DNA of 60,786 bases, the filler included, from Sphacelaria rigidula (taxonomy: Eukaryota): the NCBI GenBank assembly GCA_964200075.2. It is 10 parts of 10 records of this genome, joined end to end, with 100 filler letters (N's around TTAATTAATTAA, not from the genome) between each part and the next. Parts side by side here need not be neighbours in the genome. Positions count along the whole stretch, not along the records: positions 1 to 5,989 come from CAXNAA020022978.1; positions 6,090 to 12,078 come from CAXNAA020022979.1; positions 12,179 to 18,167 come from CAXNAA020022980.1; 7 more parts are not named here. One strand, 5' to 3'. This document shows, piece after piece, positions 1-13,163 of the stretch. A program made the translations under genes and the position numbers. Within the stretch, counting starts at the first letter, position 1. Every line of letters begins with the position of its first letter. The notes under the pieces were generated by a model. It worked only from the letters and a program-made list of their open reading frames with translations, was not told where the DNA came from and did no database searches.

Positions 1-269
1 GTTATCGACACGCGTGTACACCGCACTCGTTAGGTGCACCTAGCCACAGCTGCTCAACTGCTGCGGACATTTGAGGGGGAAGATGGCTTCGCTCTGTCGC
101 AAGTGTTTCGTGTCTTCCCTACAAAAGAGAAATGCCACTCCAACCTCATATTTTGTATGTACCCTATTTTCTAGGATCCACCATTATCAAACGCAAGCTA
201 CGTGGTGCATATACGCACTATTCCTGTGCGCCATCGACAATGCACGGAAGAGTCGCCCTACGATAGGGG

Positions 270-790
270 GGTTTACTCATGATCATGCATGTCATAGTCA
301 CAAGACCATTGACCCTGCATCCCTATAAAGCCGGGACGGAGCACGCTGGGCTTTCGCCGGACCAGGCTCGCACTCGATCACCAAGCGCGAAGCGCCGTGG
401 TTTCGGCGAGTCGCATGAAGGGTGAGCTGCATCCTCTTAAGATTGTTCGGACCGAAGCCCACTGATTATCTTGCATCTGCATGGCAGCCGACAATGAGTT
501 TCTTTATTTTCTGGTATCACCACTTTCAGCGACAGCCACGGCTTATACACTGCCTCATGGGCGTCTCATCACTTGAACACTACGTAGTACGATCGTCCCT
601 ATTGTGCGGAGTTGAGGTTCTTCCACACCGCACAACATGATCTTGCCGGACTACCATCATGGTCACCACGAAAAAAACGCAAGCGCGCAAAAAAAAACGG
701 TACCCTGGTTGCCTAGCTCCCGCAGTGAGTGGCGTCTTTCACAGCGTCGTTCCCAACCGACTCCAAGCCCATCGGGGGGTTGGGGTGCGT
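270..790 (+). repeat. Dispersed repeat, homologous to 32820-33360
   Basis: Colinear similarity, e.g. gcatccctataaagccgggacggagcacg, caccaagcgcgaagcgccgtgg and gactaccatcatgg in both contigs. A related terminus (G-run + cgtactcat ... gaccattgacc) occurs at ~18340, ~54800 and ~60750. Confidence 0.8.
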
Positions 791-1900
791 GTGTTTGGTT
801 TCACAAAAGAAAGGGCTCATAAGTGTGTCAGACGACCCAATACATTTGCGGTGCGCTTGTATTCCAGTGAAAACGGCGTCAAGCAGGATAATTGAGTGGT
901 ATTTATCGGTACACGCGCGTTCAAACGACCGTTGCTGCTATTAACGTCGAATTTAAGTTGATTTTCGTGGAAAAAATGCCACAAAGTCCCCCACCACCAC
1001 TCCCTCTCGTAGGGTGAATCGTAACATGCATTTCACCCTGCTTCTGTGAGGTATGCATTGAAGCCGCACCGCCCCACCAAAGCACCTGGCATCCCAGCAG
1101 CTACAATGCCATGCCCTTTGAGCCCCACTGCCAGTCCAGGAGCACTCTCTCGTGCTATCCCCAGGTTTCTTCGTTGATACCCTTTCCGCAAGTGACTTGA
1201 CAGGAGGGCTGGATGAAATTGCAAGAAAGTACTTCCATCAGGCCAATGTGCATCGCAAATGAAAGGAAATATCTCCCCCTTCGGATAGCGAACAAGTCTT
1301 CTTTTTTCCTCTCCTCATCATCTCCCACTTTTCATCACCGTATGCATCTCATGCACAATAATTTTCTCTTTCGGCCACAGCGAGCTCGAAGCAGCCGGTG
1401 AGGCGCACGTCGCACAGGGTGCCTATTCATACCAACAACGTGTTGTTGTCGTTTCAATCACCTGACTCGATCAGGCTGGGCAGTAAACAGTGCAGTGTGT
1501 TTGTATCTGGGAAGGTAACACGGTCACATACACCCGCGGTATGTACATGAAACAATGGAATATGTATGTACGCAGGTATGTATGTATCAATCTGTCTATC
1601 TATCTATTTACACAACAGTATCCAGAACAGCCGTAGGCAAGCTGTAGGTGGTGGGCTCTCCACCCTAATATCACTTTAGAGAATGATACAGTGGACAGTT
1701 GTACACTTGACAGTCCATTCATACGATCGGAGTGCATTTTCTCTCATACTACTGCAAGTACTACCGTAGTATAATAGGACATACCATCAAATAAATGTGA
1801 TTGTGCTGGAGGTCATTTCTTTCGCAGAAAAGAAAAGAGAGCAGCGCAATCCGACAGTATCTGTGTCTTTTCCGCGAAAAACTGAGTGGTCTGTCCAAGT

Positions 1901-1929
1901 CGTTGTTGTTGTTGTTGTTGTTGTTGTTG
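1901..1929. repeat. (GTT)n microsatellite
   Basis: Direct reading of the sequence. Confidence 0.95.
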
Positions 1930-3244
1930 CTGATATCTGTCGACTTGCGGCGAAATATTGCCCAATGGGGTTTGATGCGTCATAAGTGCAGACGCACCCT
2001 GTCACCCCGTCTAACACTACGAGTACAAACAGTACCCGCCCTAGAGCCCAAGCCACTAGCACCACTCTCGGTCTACCAATCTCGAGGAAAAGATGGAGTC
2101 TAGGAGTAATGTCGCGAAGCTGCTGAAGGACAGCAAGGTATGTTTTTTTTGCAAGAGAGACCTCTTCGATAGCTTCACGAAACATGTGACCAGGTGTCCA
2201 CAACAGACAATGCCTTTGCAAGAGGCCGTAGAGGCACGGTCATCATTAATGAGACTGATCTATATTGAATCTGCATGTCGCTGGCATTGTACATGCACGA
2301 GATATTGTCATGTGTATAATTAGGGAGGATCCGCGATAGACGGCACTTCTTTACAGCCGGGCGATGAGGTGAAGCTACTCATCGAGTGCAGACAGTGCAA
2401 ACGGCACGGTGCAGTGTAACACAAACTGTAGTCAGGTCAACAACACATGTCAAGGAGTCCGCCCGGTGCGGTGCACTCTGCACTGGCTCTATTTCTTGCT
2501 AAGACGCCAAAAACTTGGCGCTGCGCATGTCTGCTTTGCATTGATCGGCTATTTCTGACGGTATGGGAAGATGGTGGAGACAAAATATAAAGGCAGTGCA
2601 GTCAGTAAATCATGGTGCTGTCTCTATGTCCGCTCCCTCAAACGTGAATGAAAGCGAAGGCAATGTACGCGTTCACGAGGAAAACACATAATCTAAATCA
2701 AGCTGGCACGGGGTTGGCGCTGTAGAGACAGGACAGTAGTAGTGCATGGAAAGTCACTGCGATACCTTGCCCCCCCCCCGGACTTTCTGTCGGAACAACA
2801 CGAAGGATTTCCATTCTGTGGGCTTCGTGACAGCGGGATAATTTCTGATTGGTGGACCGGTGCCACACCTCCCAGAATTTCAGGAGCGCGTCATCATGAT
2901 TTGCATGTAGACAAGCCCACGAGAGTGCGAATCCTTCGGGTGCAAATGTTTCATCACATAAGTGAGGAATGAGAATGACGAGCGCGAGTGGTACCCTGAC
3001 TACGAAGGTGACAGCAAAAAGGAAATACAATATAGTACTGACAATCTAAACCTCTCCTGGATAACACTACGCCGGGAGGCTCCTGTCATTTCGGGGGGCT
3101 GGGCAAACAGATGAACAAGAAGTACCCATGCACGCTTGTCTGTATTATGGTGAATCTACCTCCAGCTTGTTATAAACGGAGACGGGGCGCTTTCAAATCA
3201 GGGTTCGGTATTCCACCCCCAGCAATGTTTTCGTGGGAATGAGA

Positions 3245-3530
3245 GCAGAGCGCTGGTTGAGAGTGGGTTTGATCATCCGCTTCAACTTAGTCAATTTTTC
3301 ATTTCCGTGTGTGCTTTTCTTTGCTTCTATCACTCGCGTGCGCTTACAGCTACACGTCGATATCCTACTCAGGGAATTCAAGGGCTTCAGTGGCAAGCTA
3401 CTACAGAAAGCACACTGGGCCTCGTGGAGGGGCATTTCGGAACTGAAATGATTCATTCACTAACTGACCGCTTTTCACTCTCAATCGTGTCCTCTACTCT
3501 TAATCTCACGACAACACTGTTTCTCATGAG
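3245..3530 (+). repeat. Dispersed repeat family (acagctacacgtcgatatcctact core). Other copies at ~22335-22490 (+), ~22935-23215 (-) and ~27420-27700 (-).
   Basis: Shared cores cagctacacgtcgatatcctact and gagggg(g)catttcggaactgaa in several contigs. Confidence 0.8.
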
Positions 3531-3760
3531 GTCAACAAAACATTGGCGAGCGAGCAAAAGCGGCACAATTGACTGATCCATTTTGAGTGGTTGTGGGACA
3601 TCACTTAGTCTGCCACGAATCCACTAGTGGTCATGGGATAGACGTATACAAGCCGCGTGAACAGAAACACCCGTTTTGGAAGGAGAAGAGGGAATATATA
3701 TATATATGAAAATAAGATAACAGCAGTAAACTGAAAGAAAGATGCACGGAAAAGAGGAAA

Positions 3761-4204
3761 AACACGGGATTTCACAAATTGGGGATGGATTTTTTATTGA
3801 GGATGAGAACCCGGAGAAATAAAATCTTCGTATCTACACCAAATCTTCGAAATAGAGTTTCATTCCTACACCTACTGGTGGCTGTTAACAACTTCTACAC
3901 GCCATTCAAGTTTGAATCCTGATGACCGACATGTTGGGGTCCTAGGTGAAGAAACAATCTTGGGTAATTTAGATAATCCGATCAGATCGCCGAAATTCCC
4001 CCAAAATGGTTTTTCACCTAGAACCCCAACATATCGGCTGTCGAACTACAAACTTGTACGGCGTGTAGTTGTTGTCAATAGCTACCAGCAATTGAAGCAA
4101 TGAAACCATATTTTGATGATTTAGTGTGGATATGAAGATCTGAATTCTCTGGGTTTCTCATCCTCAATATAAAAATCCATTCCCAATTTGTAAAATCCCG
4201 TGTT
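3761..4204. mobile_element. Foldback/MITE with ~105-bp terminal inverted repeats
   Basis: The left end aacacgggatttcacaaattggggatggattttttattgaggatgagaaccc matches the reverse complement of the right end (...gggtttctcatcctcaatataaaaatccattcccaatttgtaaaatcccgtgtt). A partial TIR copy lies at 30446-30497. The purine-rich flanks resemble each other imperfectly. Confidence 0.8.
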
Positions 4205-5068
4205 GAAAGGGGAAAAAGAAGACAAGAAAAACGCCAGTCTACGATCTCAATCAAGCACCGATTCAGGGAACACCCCCCCGATAGGCTCCTGCTGTATGGC
4301 GTGAGGTAAGACCGTCTCTCATGGCAGGTAATCAGGATCAGACTTTCCAGGTGATCTGAATCCACTAAAACCACATGAGCCAATTTTCTTGTCTCCTGGT
4401 GATATACTGTGAGATAGTCAACGCCTAAATATTTGACTCCCTTGATAATCGGGATTTGGTCCCAGATGTTTTGCCATCTGTACGCGAAAGATCTAGAGTC
4501 GATAGGCGTAGGACAGGTCGTCCTCAGGACACATCCCCAATTTTGTGCTGTTGGATCAACATGGAGTAAAATCCTGTTTATTGAGGGGATGTTACTCAGC
4601 GTATATGATTTCAAAACTTTTTTTTCTGGCTATAGCGCAATCAATATCTAGAGGGAAAAAAAGCAATAGAAATGTTCATAAAAATGATCTGGATCGGTTC
4701 GGTTGAGCGAAGTATTGAAGAGCTAGAACTTGGGACTGTACACCTCCAGGATCCCCGACAACCGGCCCGCTCGGAACTCGGTCAAAGTTGGCCATACAAG
4801 AAATGAATGCGGAATTCGTGCCCGGTACTCAACAATTTCGATTCATAACGCTGGAGATCCAACGGAAACTGTGATGAGTCTTGGTAACCGAAAAAACTGA
4901 AAAGAGCACTTTTAATCGAAGAAAAGAACTCCCCTCAGATGGACTCAGATGGACCATGCCACATTTGGGATTCAGAACAGCTGCTTTTTCGCTACACAAC
5001 ACGTCCTTTTTTATGAACATATGAATGTTGGGTACATATATATATATATATATATATAAACATATATT

Positions 5069-5428
5069 GCCGGTCGTCCCGGTGGCTCAGTTGGTAACCT
5101 CGAAACCATCTGACGGTTGGGTCGTGGCTTCGATTCTCGGAGCGATCTAGAATTTTCTCTCACACAATGCCTAATATGGGAGAGCGACTATGTCGTGGGT
5201 ACACAAAATTCGACTTAACGGTCGACGAGGTAAAGGGACTACTAAACCCCTCTCGCGATAAGAAAAGAAAGGCAAGCACCGCAGAAGGAAGGTGGGGTAC
5301 TAAAAACAGATGAAAAAATAAAAACCTGTGTTGACCTTCCTCCTGTGTGACCCGAGCTGGTGCGCCCACGTATACCGGAAGGTGTAGACCGGCGCCCAGA
5401 ATAGACGGGACGACAACACACAACACAC
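5069..5428 (+). mobile_element. tRNA-derived SINE, full-length copy
   Basis: Head with A-box (ggtggctcagttgg) and B-box-like (ggcttcgattc) motifs, ~360-bp conserved body and (CA)n tail. Six copies in the window. Confidence 0.85.
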
Positions 5429-5989
5429 ATATGGAAAATAGTCCCGGAGAACCCCTGGCCGGGTTTTATCCTGCAGTACGTATGTATGTTGTATATCGCT
5501 GGATACAATGACAAGAATCGGTGGGCGTGCCATCGTTCTCCCCTGCGCACAGTCTACTGCACGCTGTTGATGTCTCTGCTTAGTGTTCCACAACAACACT
5601 ACAGACAGTGTCTAGCTATGCTGGCATCACAAGAGGAGTCGCGGTGGCGAAGACCACGAGCAGAGTAAAACGCACGTTGCTTGTGCCCATGTTATCAATG
5701 GTTTAATGGTTATGACCAAATGAGAAATACGGCTAGACTGCGAGATCGTCCGTCTGAGGTCATCCAGGGTGTTGCGTACCTACCATTCTGATCAATCACA
5801 GCTCTCAAAATGATCACTTCGCTCCTCTTGGCCCTCGTTCCTGGCTTAGGATTTTCCGTGAGATACTTCCAAACAAACATGGTTGACTTGGTGAGCTTTT
5901 CGGCTGTTTTGCAAATAGCCCCCCCCCCCCCTGCCGGAAAATACCACCCACTCCCCGAAACCCCAACCGATCCCTCAGCTCTCCACAGC

Positions 5990-6089
5990 NNNNNNNNNNN
6001 NNNNNNNNNNNNNNNNNNNNNNNNNNNNNNNNNTTAATTAATTAANNNNNNNNNNNNNNNNNNNNNNNNNNNNNNNNNNNNNNNNNNNN
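5990..6089. other. Artificial contig linker (N44-TTAATTAATTAA-N44). Identical linkers at 12079-12178, 18168-18267, 24257-24356, 30346-30445, 36435-36534, 42523-42622, 48611-48710 and 54699-54798.
   Basis: Nine identical 100-bp spacers carrying stop codons in all six frames. The intervening pieces are 5989 bp (first six) and 5988 bp (last four), i.e. length-sorted. Confidence 0.98.
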
Positions 6090-6258
6090 CGAACATCAGG
6101 CGCTGTATGGCCAAGTTTTTCGTGACACTTTTCGCTGGTTTTTGGGGGGGGCTATGTAGAAAGTGTCGAAAATACTGAGTCATCTAGGGTACCGGGATTA
6201 TGAATTCTCCGAGAAGTACCCGCGCTCATTCCTCTTGACGGACCCTACTCGCTCCAGG

Positions 6259-6320
6259 CCCCGTTTTCCCAACTTTGTGCCCCGTTTTCCCAACTTTGTG
6301 CCCCGTTTTCCCAACTTTGT
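6259..6320 (+). repeat. 21-bp tandem repeat x3 (ccccgttttcccaactttgtg)
   Basis: Direct reading of the sequence. Confidence 0.9.
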
Positions 6321-7930
6321 CACTTCTTCCGGTAACGTTCGCTAATTTTTCCACGCCGAGAATTCTAGGAACACTGCGTGTTGTGAGCGGTGAAGTTTTA
6401 CTTTTTTTTTGGTGCGTGTGTGCCGGAATGAGTTTGTCTTCTTCTGGTATAGATGGATAGATCCGCTTTCACCAATTCAGACGTGGTCACAAGAGTAACT
6501 GGTCAACGTACCTGAGTACAGCAGCCCGATTCCTTCGACGCCCTCTGCGTTGTGTACAAAAGGGGATTCTGAAGGTGGGAACAAATTTTCTTCGATGGTG
6601 TTCGGATTTGCGGTGAATAATACATACCCCTTGAAGGTGCCGTGGAGGGGTGTCATTCCCCACAAAATCCGAACACCATCGAGAACAACAAATAAAGCGG
6701 TGTCCCTCGAAGGCGCCTTCTTTGGGTTACCATTTTCCACAATTCCCCCCTAATATTTTCATTTCCATGAAAATATTTCGTTTCCGTTTTTTTTTTTCTT
6801 CTGAATCTCCCGTTCTGAGTGATTTGACGGTAGGGGTGCACTTCTTTGGTCAAATCTTGTCTGAGGTGTACTTACATTGTGTTACTAAAACGACGACAAA
6901 TCTCATAATTTAAAATGTTCGCCTGCGAGAGGGTCGCCTCACATTCGCCGCGACTTGGATTTCCTGTAACACTGCGTCATCATTGTCGGCAAATGTCGAA
7001 TACGGGCACCCCCTGCTGGCTGGTTCACGCTCATCACCCAAAAACACTCATGGGCAAAACATCACGCCGTTTTATGGAGTTAGACGCTGCAATTTTGCGC
7101 AAATGTTCTCTAGGTCATTTCGCAACTTTCAGAGGTCGAGTGTTTTTTTTCTTCTACTTACTATGTCACGCTTTTCAGCTGTTCATGGCGGTCAGTATGA
7201 TATCATGTGTGCGACTGTTGGGTAGGTATTGCGAGAGGCATTTGCTGACGATACAATTTTGGGTGATGAGCGCGAGCCAGCCTGTATTCAGATTTTTTTT
7301 GTGCGCTCCTGCCGTAGAACTACTCTTCTGTGACGGTGAATGTCTGTGTGCCATACTCCAGTGGGTGTATGTATGTCATACTCCAGTGGGTGTATGTGTG
7401 TGTCATACTCCAGGGGGGTGTATGTGTGTGTATGTGTGTGTTTCCTCTGGCACTCCGTCTTCAGTTTCGCGTAGAGTGTAGATATAGGAGGAAACAAACG
7501 ATGTTCAAATATTCGATTTGATGGGTTGATTGATTGTCTCACGTCGATTCGTTCACCACGAGTCCGACCGTGGTCACAGCGATTTATCGGCCAATGTACT
7601 CGACTTTTTGTGTGTCTGCCTACATATACTCCCTGGCGCCCCCCCCCGCTTTTTTGTGGGGATCAATGAACCACTCAGTGGGTATTAACATTTGGCATTT
7701 GAACTTCAGAACGAGGTCTACAGTCAAGTATATGACACTGGTGGTTATCACGCTTCCCTTGCCTTCTGTCGAGCAACCGTAAACGAGGAAGCTAACGTGA
7801 AGAGGCAAAAAAAAAAAAATGGCACGCCCGTGACCCGTTCCGTTCCATTCCGTTCCATTCCGTTCCGCCCCTTCGCTCCCTTCCCCATTTTGCACTCGAT
7901 CATACGCTTCGGTGTTCCTGCCTCGTGCAG

Positions 7931-8051
7931 CGAGCGTTCGATCCGGTGACGCGCAAGGTCGTCCACATGACGCCGCTTCCGGACACCCTGCCCGACATTT
8001 TGACGGCCCAGGGAGCAGGGGACAACGGCGCAGACTTGCTCGATTTCCTTG
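7931..8051 (+). CDS. EXO1: Exon of an exonuclease 1 (XPG/Rad2 family)-like gene: RAFDPVTRKVVHMTPLP...LLDFL(G)
   Basis: gcag acceptor and G|gtgagt donor. The peptide resembles the EXO1 segment (HQ)RVxDP...VHL...DFLG that follows the nuclease core. Recognised from memory of the family, not from a search. Confidence 0.75.
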
Positions 8052-8920
8052 GTGAGTCTTCTCATCATGTTGTAAGGCACACGCATGCGTGTGTGGTGTT
8101 ATCTACCGAGACGAATTTTACCCCATCCCATCCCCCCAAATCCATGGTCGAACATTTTTTTCTTAGTCAAACCCTAATCGAACCAAATCTGAACCAAACC
8201 TGAACCAACCCGAACCCGAACCCGAACCCCGAACCCCGAACCCCGACCCAAAGCAGCCAGAGAGAACCCTCCGCCATGGGCAGGGGCAGGGGGCCCTAGG
8301 TATATTGTACGTTGATAGAACCAGCATCGGTGCCGAAGTCAGCGCTGAACTGAGCCAAAGCGCGTGCTGTACACGCGAGGCGAGGAGCTGGGACTCTGAG
8401 CTCCGCAAAATACTCGAGTATGATGGATCACACTGAAATCAAGCGTGCTTTGGACGTGCTTTCGGAGCGGCGGGTTGGGGTTTACTGTACGGTAATTCAT
8501 CACTGGGGGGTGGTATCTTTCGACTCTTTGTTCTGCCTGGCGATGTTGCCCTTGGTGATATCTCGCATTGAGCTCGTTTGGGTACCTGTCGTCATATAGT
8601 TCTACGTGCATGTGTGGAGAGCACGTTCCTGACGTTCCTCGAGTTCCGCGATCTCGATCTCCCTAAAAAAGCTCCGACAGAGGGTTTTCTGCCAGCACGA
8701 GGCGGGTTTGCTGGCTGTACCTTTCACGCTTCATTCACGAACCTTCGATTCAACAGCCAAGGCTCGAACATAGTGTTATCACATGGAAGAGCCCTCGCGT
8801 GGTCGTCGTTGTCCTTCTCTGTCTCCGGCCGTCTCATCTGTCCGTTTGACTCCTCTGTCTCCTCTCTACTGTGAAAACTACGCTTCATTTTCACGACAAA
8901 AAAACGGAAACATGAAACAG

Positions 8921-9040
8921 GCCCTACTGTGGAAGAAGAGAGAGGTTGCGCCGTGGCCGATGCCGAGATAGACCCGATCACCGGCGAGAGATTCTCGGAG
9001 ATGGCAAGCAATTGGCAGTCCCGGAAGGGTGACATTAAAG
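8921..9040 (+). CDS. EXO1: Next EXO1-like exon: GPTVEEERGCAVADAEIDPITGERF...
   Basis: acag acceptor and gtgaga donor, phase-compatible with the previous exon. Resembles the EXO1 motif GP...A.GIA.G.LDP.T...F. Confidence 0.75.
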
Positions 9041-9765
9041 GTGAGAACGACCACACATTTTCCCCACCTTTCTTTTTCTGTAGTGTGGGCTTCCGTTTTT
9101 TTCACCTTGGTGGGGCTCATCTAACTTGTGGACAATGACAACGTCTGGGTCCCCCGAGGATCAGTGAGTGGGCGGCAACCAAATCAATCAATCATCAATC
9201 AAAATCTGTTTCGTATTGTCGACATACATATATTTCTCCGTGCTTACCCATGTTTTACAAGTACACACCCTGTAAAAATCATCCTGTTGTTGTGCTGTTA
9301 GTATGTGTCTTGTATGTGCTGGTAGGTTTCTGCACGTGCGGCGTATTGCATGCCCTCGTGGTTCCCCCCCCCCCTTTCAGCCTTTCAGCCTTTCAGCCTC
9401 TTCACGAAGCGATGCTGCGCTTTCGCTATCGGGAGGAACGACTGTCGGAGAACGTGGCGTTTTTGTCTTGTTTTGTTTTCTTGTGCCAGTCTTGTAAATA
9501 TAAGATGCTTTGGCTTCTCTTTGCCCCCCTCCATTGCATTGTCTACTTCCGAATGTGAAAGCAAACACAGAGACAATGGAAAGCCCACCTACCACGCCGT
9601 CCCATGCTGCCACGACTAAAAAATAAACCAGGTACAAGAGAATCGCCAGGACACACTCAAGAGGCCATGATCCCTACATAACCCACCAGCTCTGAATACC
9701 CCACTACCACCCCCCTCATCTCCTCCGTTACGCCATATGCCTGTGATCGCTCTTCCATCGCGCAG

Positions 9766-10352
9766 AAGCTCCAGAGACCGGCCTCAGTGACTCCGCGGCC
9801 GCCGCACTTGCCTCTTGGCGCGGGGCGACGAGCAACGCTTCCGGCGGGGCGAAGGGAGGACGAGGTCGCGCAACCGGCGGCAGGAGCTCATCCTCCAAAC
9901 CGAGCAAGCTTTGCGGGCAAGGCAACAACCTCACGAAGTACTGGGGCGCCCCGCTGCCTCAAAAGAGCCCCGCTGGTGCTGCTTCTGCTGGTGGCGATAA
10001 GAGCGTCGGCGGGAACGTCGGCCGCCGCCGCAGCCGCCGCGAGGGGTATGATGCCGCTGAGCAGGGTAGCCGTGCGGTGGACAGCAGCGGCGGCACCTTG
10101 CGTGCGTGGGGCAGTGGCGATGGTAGCACCTCGACGGCTGCTGACCGCACTTTCGAGGAGGAGCAGGATGTGGTGGCTGCAACTCCTCCTCGTGTTGCCC
10201 GGAAGCTTGACAGAATGGACGTTGACCGCAGCTGTGGAGAGGGGGGGGAATCGGGCGATATGGAGGGTGCGGTAAGGGAGGAGGGAGAGGGCGGCGGTGC
10301 TGCTGGAACTCCAGAGGAAGCGGGGTTCGGTCGCCCTCAGAGCGATGCGAAG
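9766..10352 (+). CDS. EXO1: Large GC-rich exon encoding the low-complexity (G/A/S/R/E) C-terminal tail of the EXO1-like protein
   Basis: cgcag acceptor and AAG|gtgagt donor. The 587 nt are open in the phase required by the preceding exon, which is the same frame as track ORF 10077..10391. Confidence 0.7.
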
Positions 10353-11723
10353 GTGAGTTTTTTTTTTTCTTCATTCCATTTGATTTATTAGTGTCGTTCA
10401 GCGAAGTCATCCTTTTCAATCGCATGTACGATGAGCCCGTTTTCTCTTCGAAGGACCAGCATGTTTTTTCTCACTCTTTGTTTTTGCTCGGCGAAGTTTT
10501 CTGCGGACGTCGGGTGTGCTGGATAGAACACGTGATCCCCGATCGAGAGTCAAAACGTCTCCTTCAAACGGGCTACCGTGACCATGCCGCGGTGTTATAG
10601 GTTGGTCCGAGCGGAAGAGTCAGAAGTGCCTTCGGGGAATGATCGCTCGCGGACTTGGCGTAAGGAACCTTATTTACCTTTATTTTTTCTTCATTTTTCC
10701 CGATTTTTTTTTTTTTTTCCGAATTCTCCCAAAACGAAATTACTGAAAAAGATAAATCTAGCGCTCAATTTCTGGAGAAATTCGTCGTCAGTCTCAAATT
10801 AATCTGTTCGTTGCCTGACCTTGTTAAGAAATTCGCCTTCATATTTTTCGGAGGATTTTTTTTTTTCCCCCGAAGATTTCAGAGATTCGGAAAATAATGA
10901 AGATGAGACCCGATAATGATGACTCCTTGGGAACCGAATGTTGAGAAGATGGGCATGTCAAAAGTCACGGGCCATGATGACCCGTTGGTTTCCTTCTTCT
11001 TTTTTTCCCCCGGAACTGGGTCCATCTGATCGAAATCCGACGTGTAGATCTATCTGCCTGTCTCCAGTTTTTTTTCGCCGTTTCTTGCTCAACATCGATA
11101 GTGACGGCCTTCAAATCGTCGATTCGCTCCTTTTATGGAGTTTTCAGGTCCCAACTTGCAACACTCCGAGCAGACAATCCAAGATCTGTACAGTGCCTTC
11201 CTTCCCAAGGAACCGGAAATCCCGTGCATTTTTTTTGGTGTCTTCCCCAGCATTTGATTTGGGCATTAAGCTTGCGAACGGCGGCGACTCGGGGTGTTGG
11301 TCGCAACAGGTGTCGTTATCCCCGCATTCATGTCATCAACACGCGAAAAACAAATTCCAGGACACTCGAGCGAGGACTTGAGTACTAGAGGAGATCCATG
11401 TTTGCTTTTTCATCACAAACATGGACCACAAAACCCCATTTTTCCCAGAAACAGCCTGGAGAGGTGGATAGGGTGCTACGCATATTGCTGTGTTCTCCAC
11501 CATATTCGCGGTTGTGCGAACTTTTTTTCAAGTGCCGTTGTACGAACTTTTTTTCCAAGAAAAACGGTATGGATGGGGGCTGTGTGACGTATTGTATTGA
11601 CATTTTATCATCAACGGCACCAATATGTTGCCGCGCATGCCGCAAGGTTGTCCACCGTATGCGCATTTGTTCTGGCCATTTTCCATTTCACTTTTTTGTG
11701 GTGTGGTTATCATCTTGCCGCAG

Positions 11724-11771
11724 GATGACCTGCACGGGCTCGCTGCAGCAGCGCAAGCTCCCCAGTGGTAG
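11724..11771 (+). CDS. Candidate terminal exon (DDLHGLAAAAQAPQW*) of the EXO1-like gene
   Basis: cgcag acceptor after a T-rich tract, phase 0 compatible, ends in TAG. No homology support. Confidence 0.35.
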   Translation, partial: DDLHGLAAAAQAPQW

Positions 11772-12346
11772 ACCGGAAGCAGGAGCAGGAGCCTCAGTAG
11801 CGTTTTTTATTTCTTCTCGCATTGCATGAATACCTCGTATAGCTTAGTTAACGGCACGGAACAATATATATATACATATATACATCTTTTTTGTCCAGAG
11901 GAAACTTTTTTAGTGCCTCATGCTTTTGGGCGAATTCCAACTGTGTGCGTGTATAACGCTACAGTTGTACCCTTGGGTTGTCGACAAGGAGGCCGATTGC
12001 TAAGAGAGATAAAACAACGGAGTCATCCTACGATAGGGGGGGGGGTATTTTGGGCCATTTGTTCCTCGAAATTTCGAGNNNNNNNNNNNNNNNNNNNNNN
12101 NNNNNNNNNNNNNNNNNNNNNNTTAATTAATTAANNNNNNNNNNNNNNNNNNNNNNNNNNNNNNNNNNNNNNNNNNNNATAGAAACTGATTTGTCCGACG
12201 TGTGCAACAATTTGAGAGGAGTTTTTTTTTTTTCTTCGTCATCATCGTGAACGGGCACAAAATATACAACTACGGCAAAGAAAAAAAAAGCCGTTTGAAA
12301 TTATTGCAAAATAAATTTCTAAACGCTCCCATAAGAGTTGGCGTGA

Positions 12347-13163
12347 GGGCGGGTCTTCCCACTTTGTTTCGATCGAAAAAACGAGCGGTTGAATTGAGTC
12401 AAGTGAAAAATTCTCGTTTTGATCCAGGTGGATCCGGATGATGGATTTTTATTCTATTTTTTATTTTCAAGCTTTGGATCGAAAAAAGCAGTAAAATTCG
12501 TGAAACGGTACATGGTCTGTACTGTTTACACTGCATGCAAGTAGGGTGTCTGGAGTGCGTGTGTGCGTGCTTTGCGCAGGAGAAGATGAAGGGGAAGCGG
12601 ACAGTGTGCAGTGCAGACAGCCCAGGACTATAAGTTCTCTCTGCTTACGATGCGACTCGAAAATAACTTCAGCAACGTGTAGCTTTGTACTGCCTGCATT
12701 GTCCATGAGCGTGCACGCAACTCGGTTGCCCAACGTACCGCACGCAGTTCCATCCTTGATGATTACCATGAGAGAAGACGCGCAAGTTTTCGCCAACAAA
12801 GAAAAAAAAGCACTACCCAACTACTTTCTTCGTGTATCTATCCCTGTGCTCAACTCGTGCTCTGTGCTGCAGAGTTGCGGTGGTAGCTGATAATGAGTCG
12901 GGTGGAGTTTGCATGGTCCTGTGCACGGGTGCTTTTCGGCGTGGTGGTCTGTAAGACAACAGTCAAGTGCCGCTTCGTGCCTTTCGACTGCATCTTTCCA
13001 ACGAAGAAAAATGTGTTTTCACTCGTCGCATTCTTCGTGCGCCGCTAATCATAATTTTGAGTTGAAGCCTTCGAGGAACATAAATGCGGTGGACCTATCA
13101 GATAGGCAGAAAAAACTTCGATCGCACTTTTTCGATCGAAAACAAAAGTGCTAAGACACGCCC
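12347..13163 (-). mobile_element. Non-autonomous PIF/Harbinger (Tourist-like) element
   Basis: TIRs gggcg(g/t)gtct...agacacgccc with subterminal ttcgatcgaaaaa. It is the reverse-complement homologue of 25401-26563. A partial relative lies at ~16660-16950. Confidence 0.75.

Noticed and set aside
5069..5145. Functional tRNA gene (also at 24673, 26075 and 40598)
   Set aside because: No convincing cloverleaf, and it is always attached to the same ~290-bp body, so it is a SINE head.
9787..10425. Overlapping 162-aa and 164-aa ORFs
   Set aside because: Shadow frames of the GC-rich EXO1-like exon.
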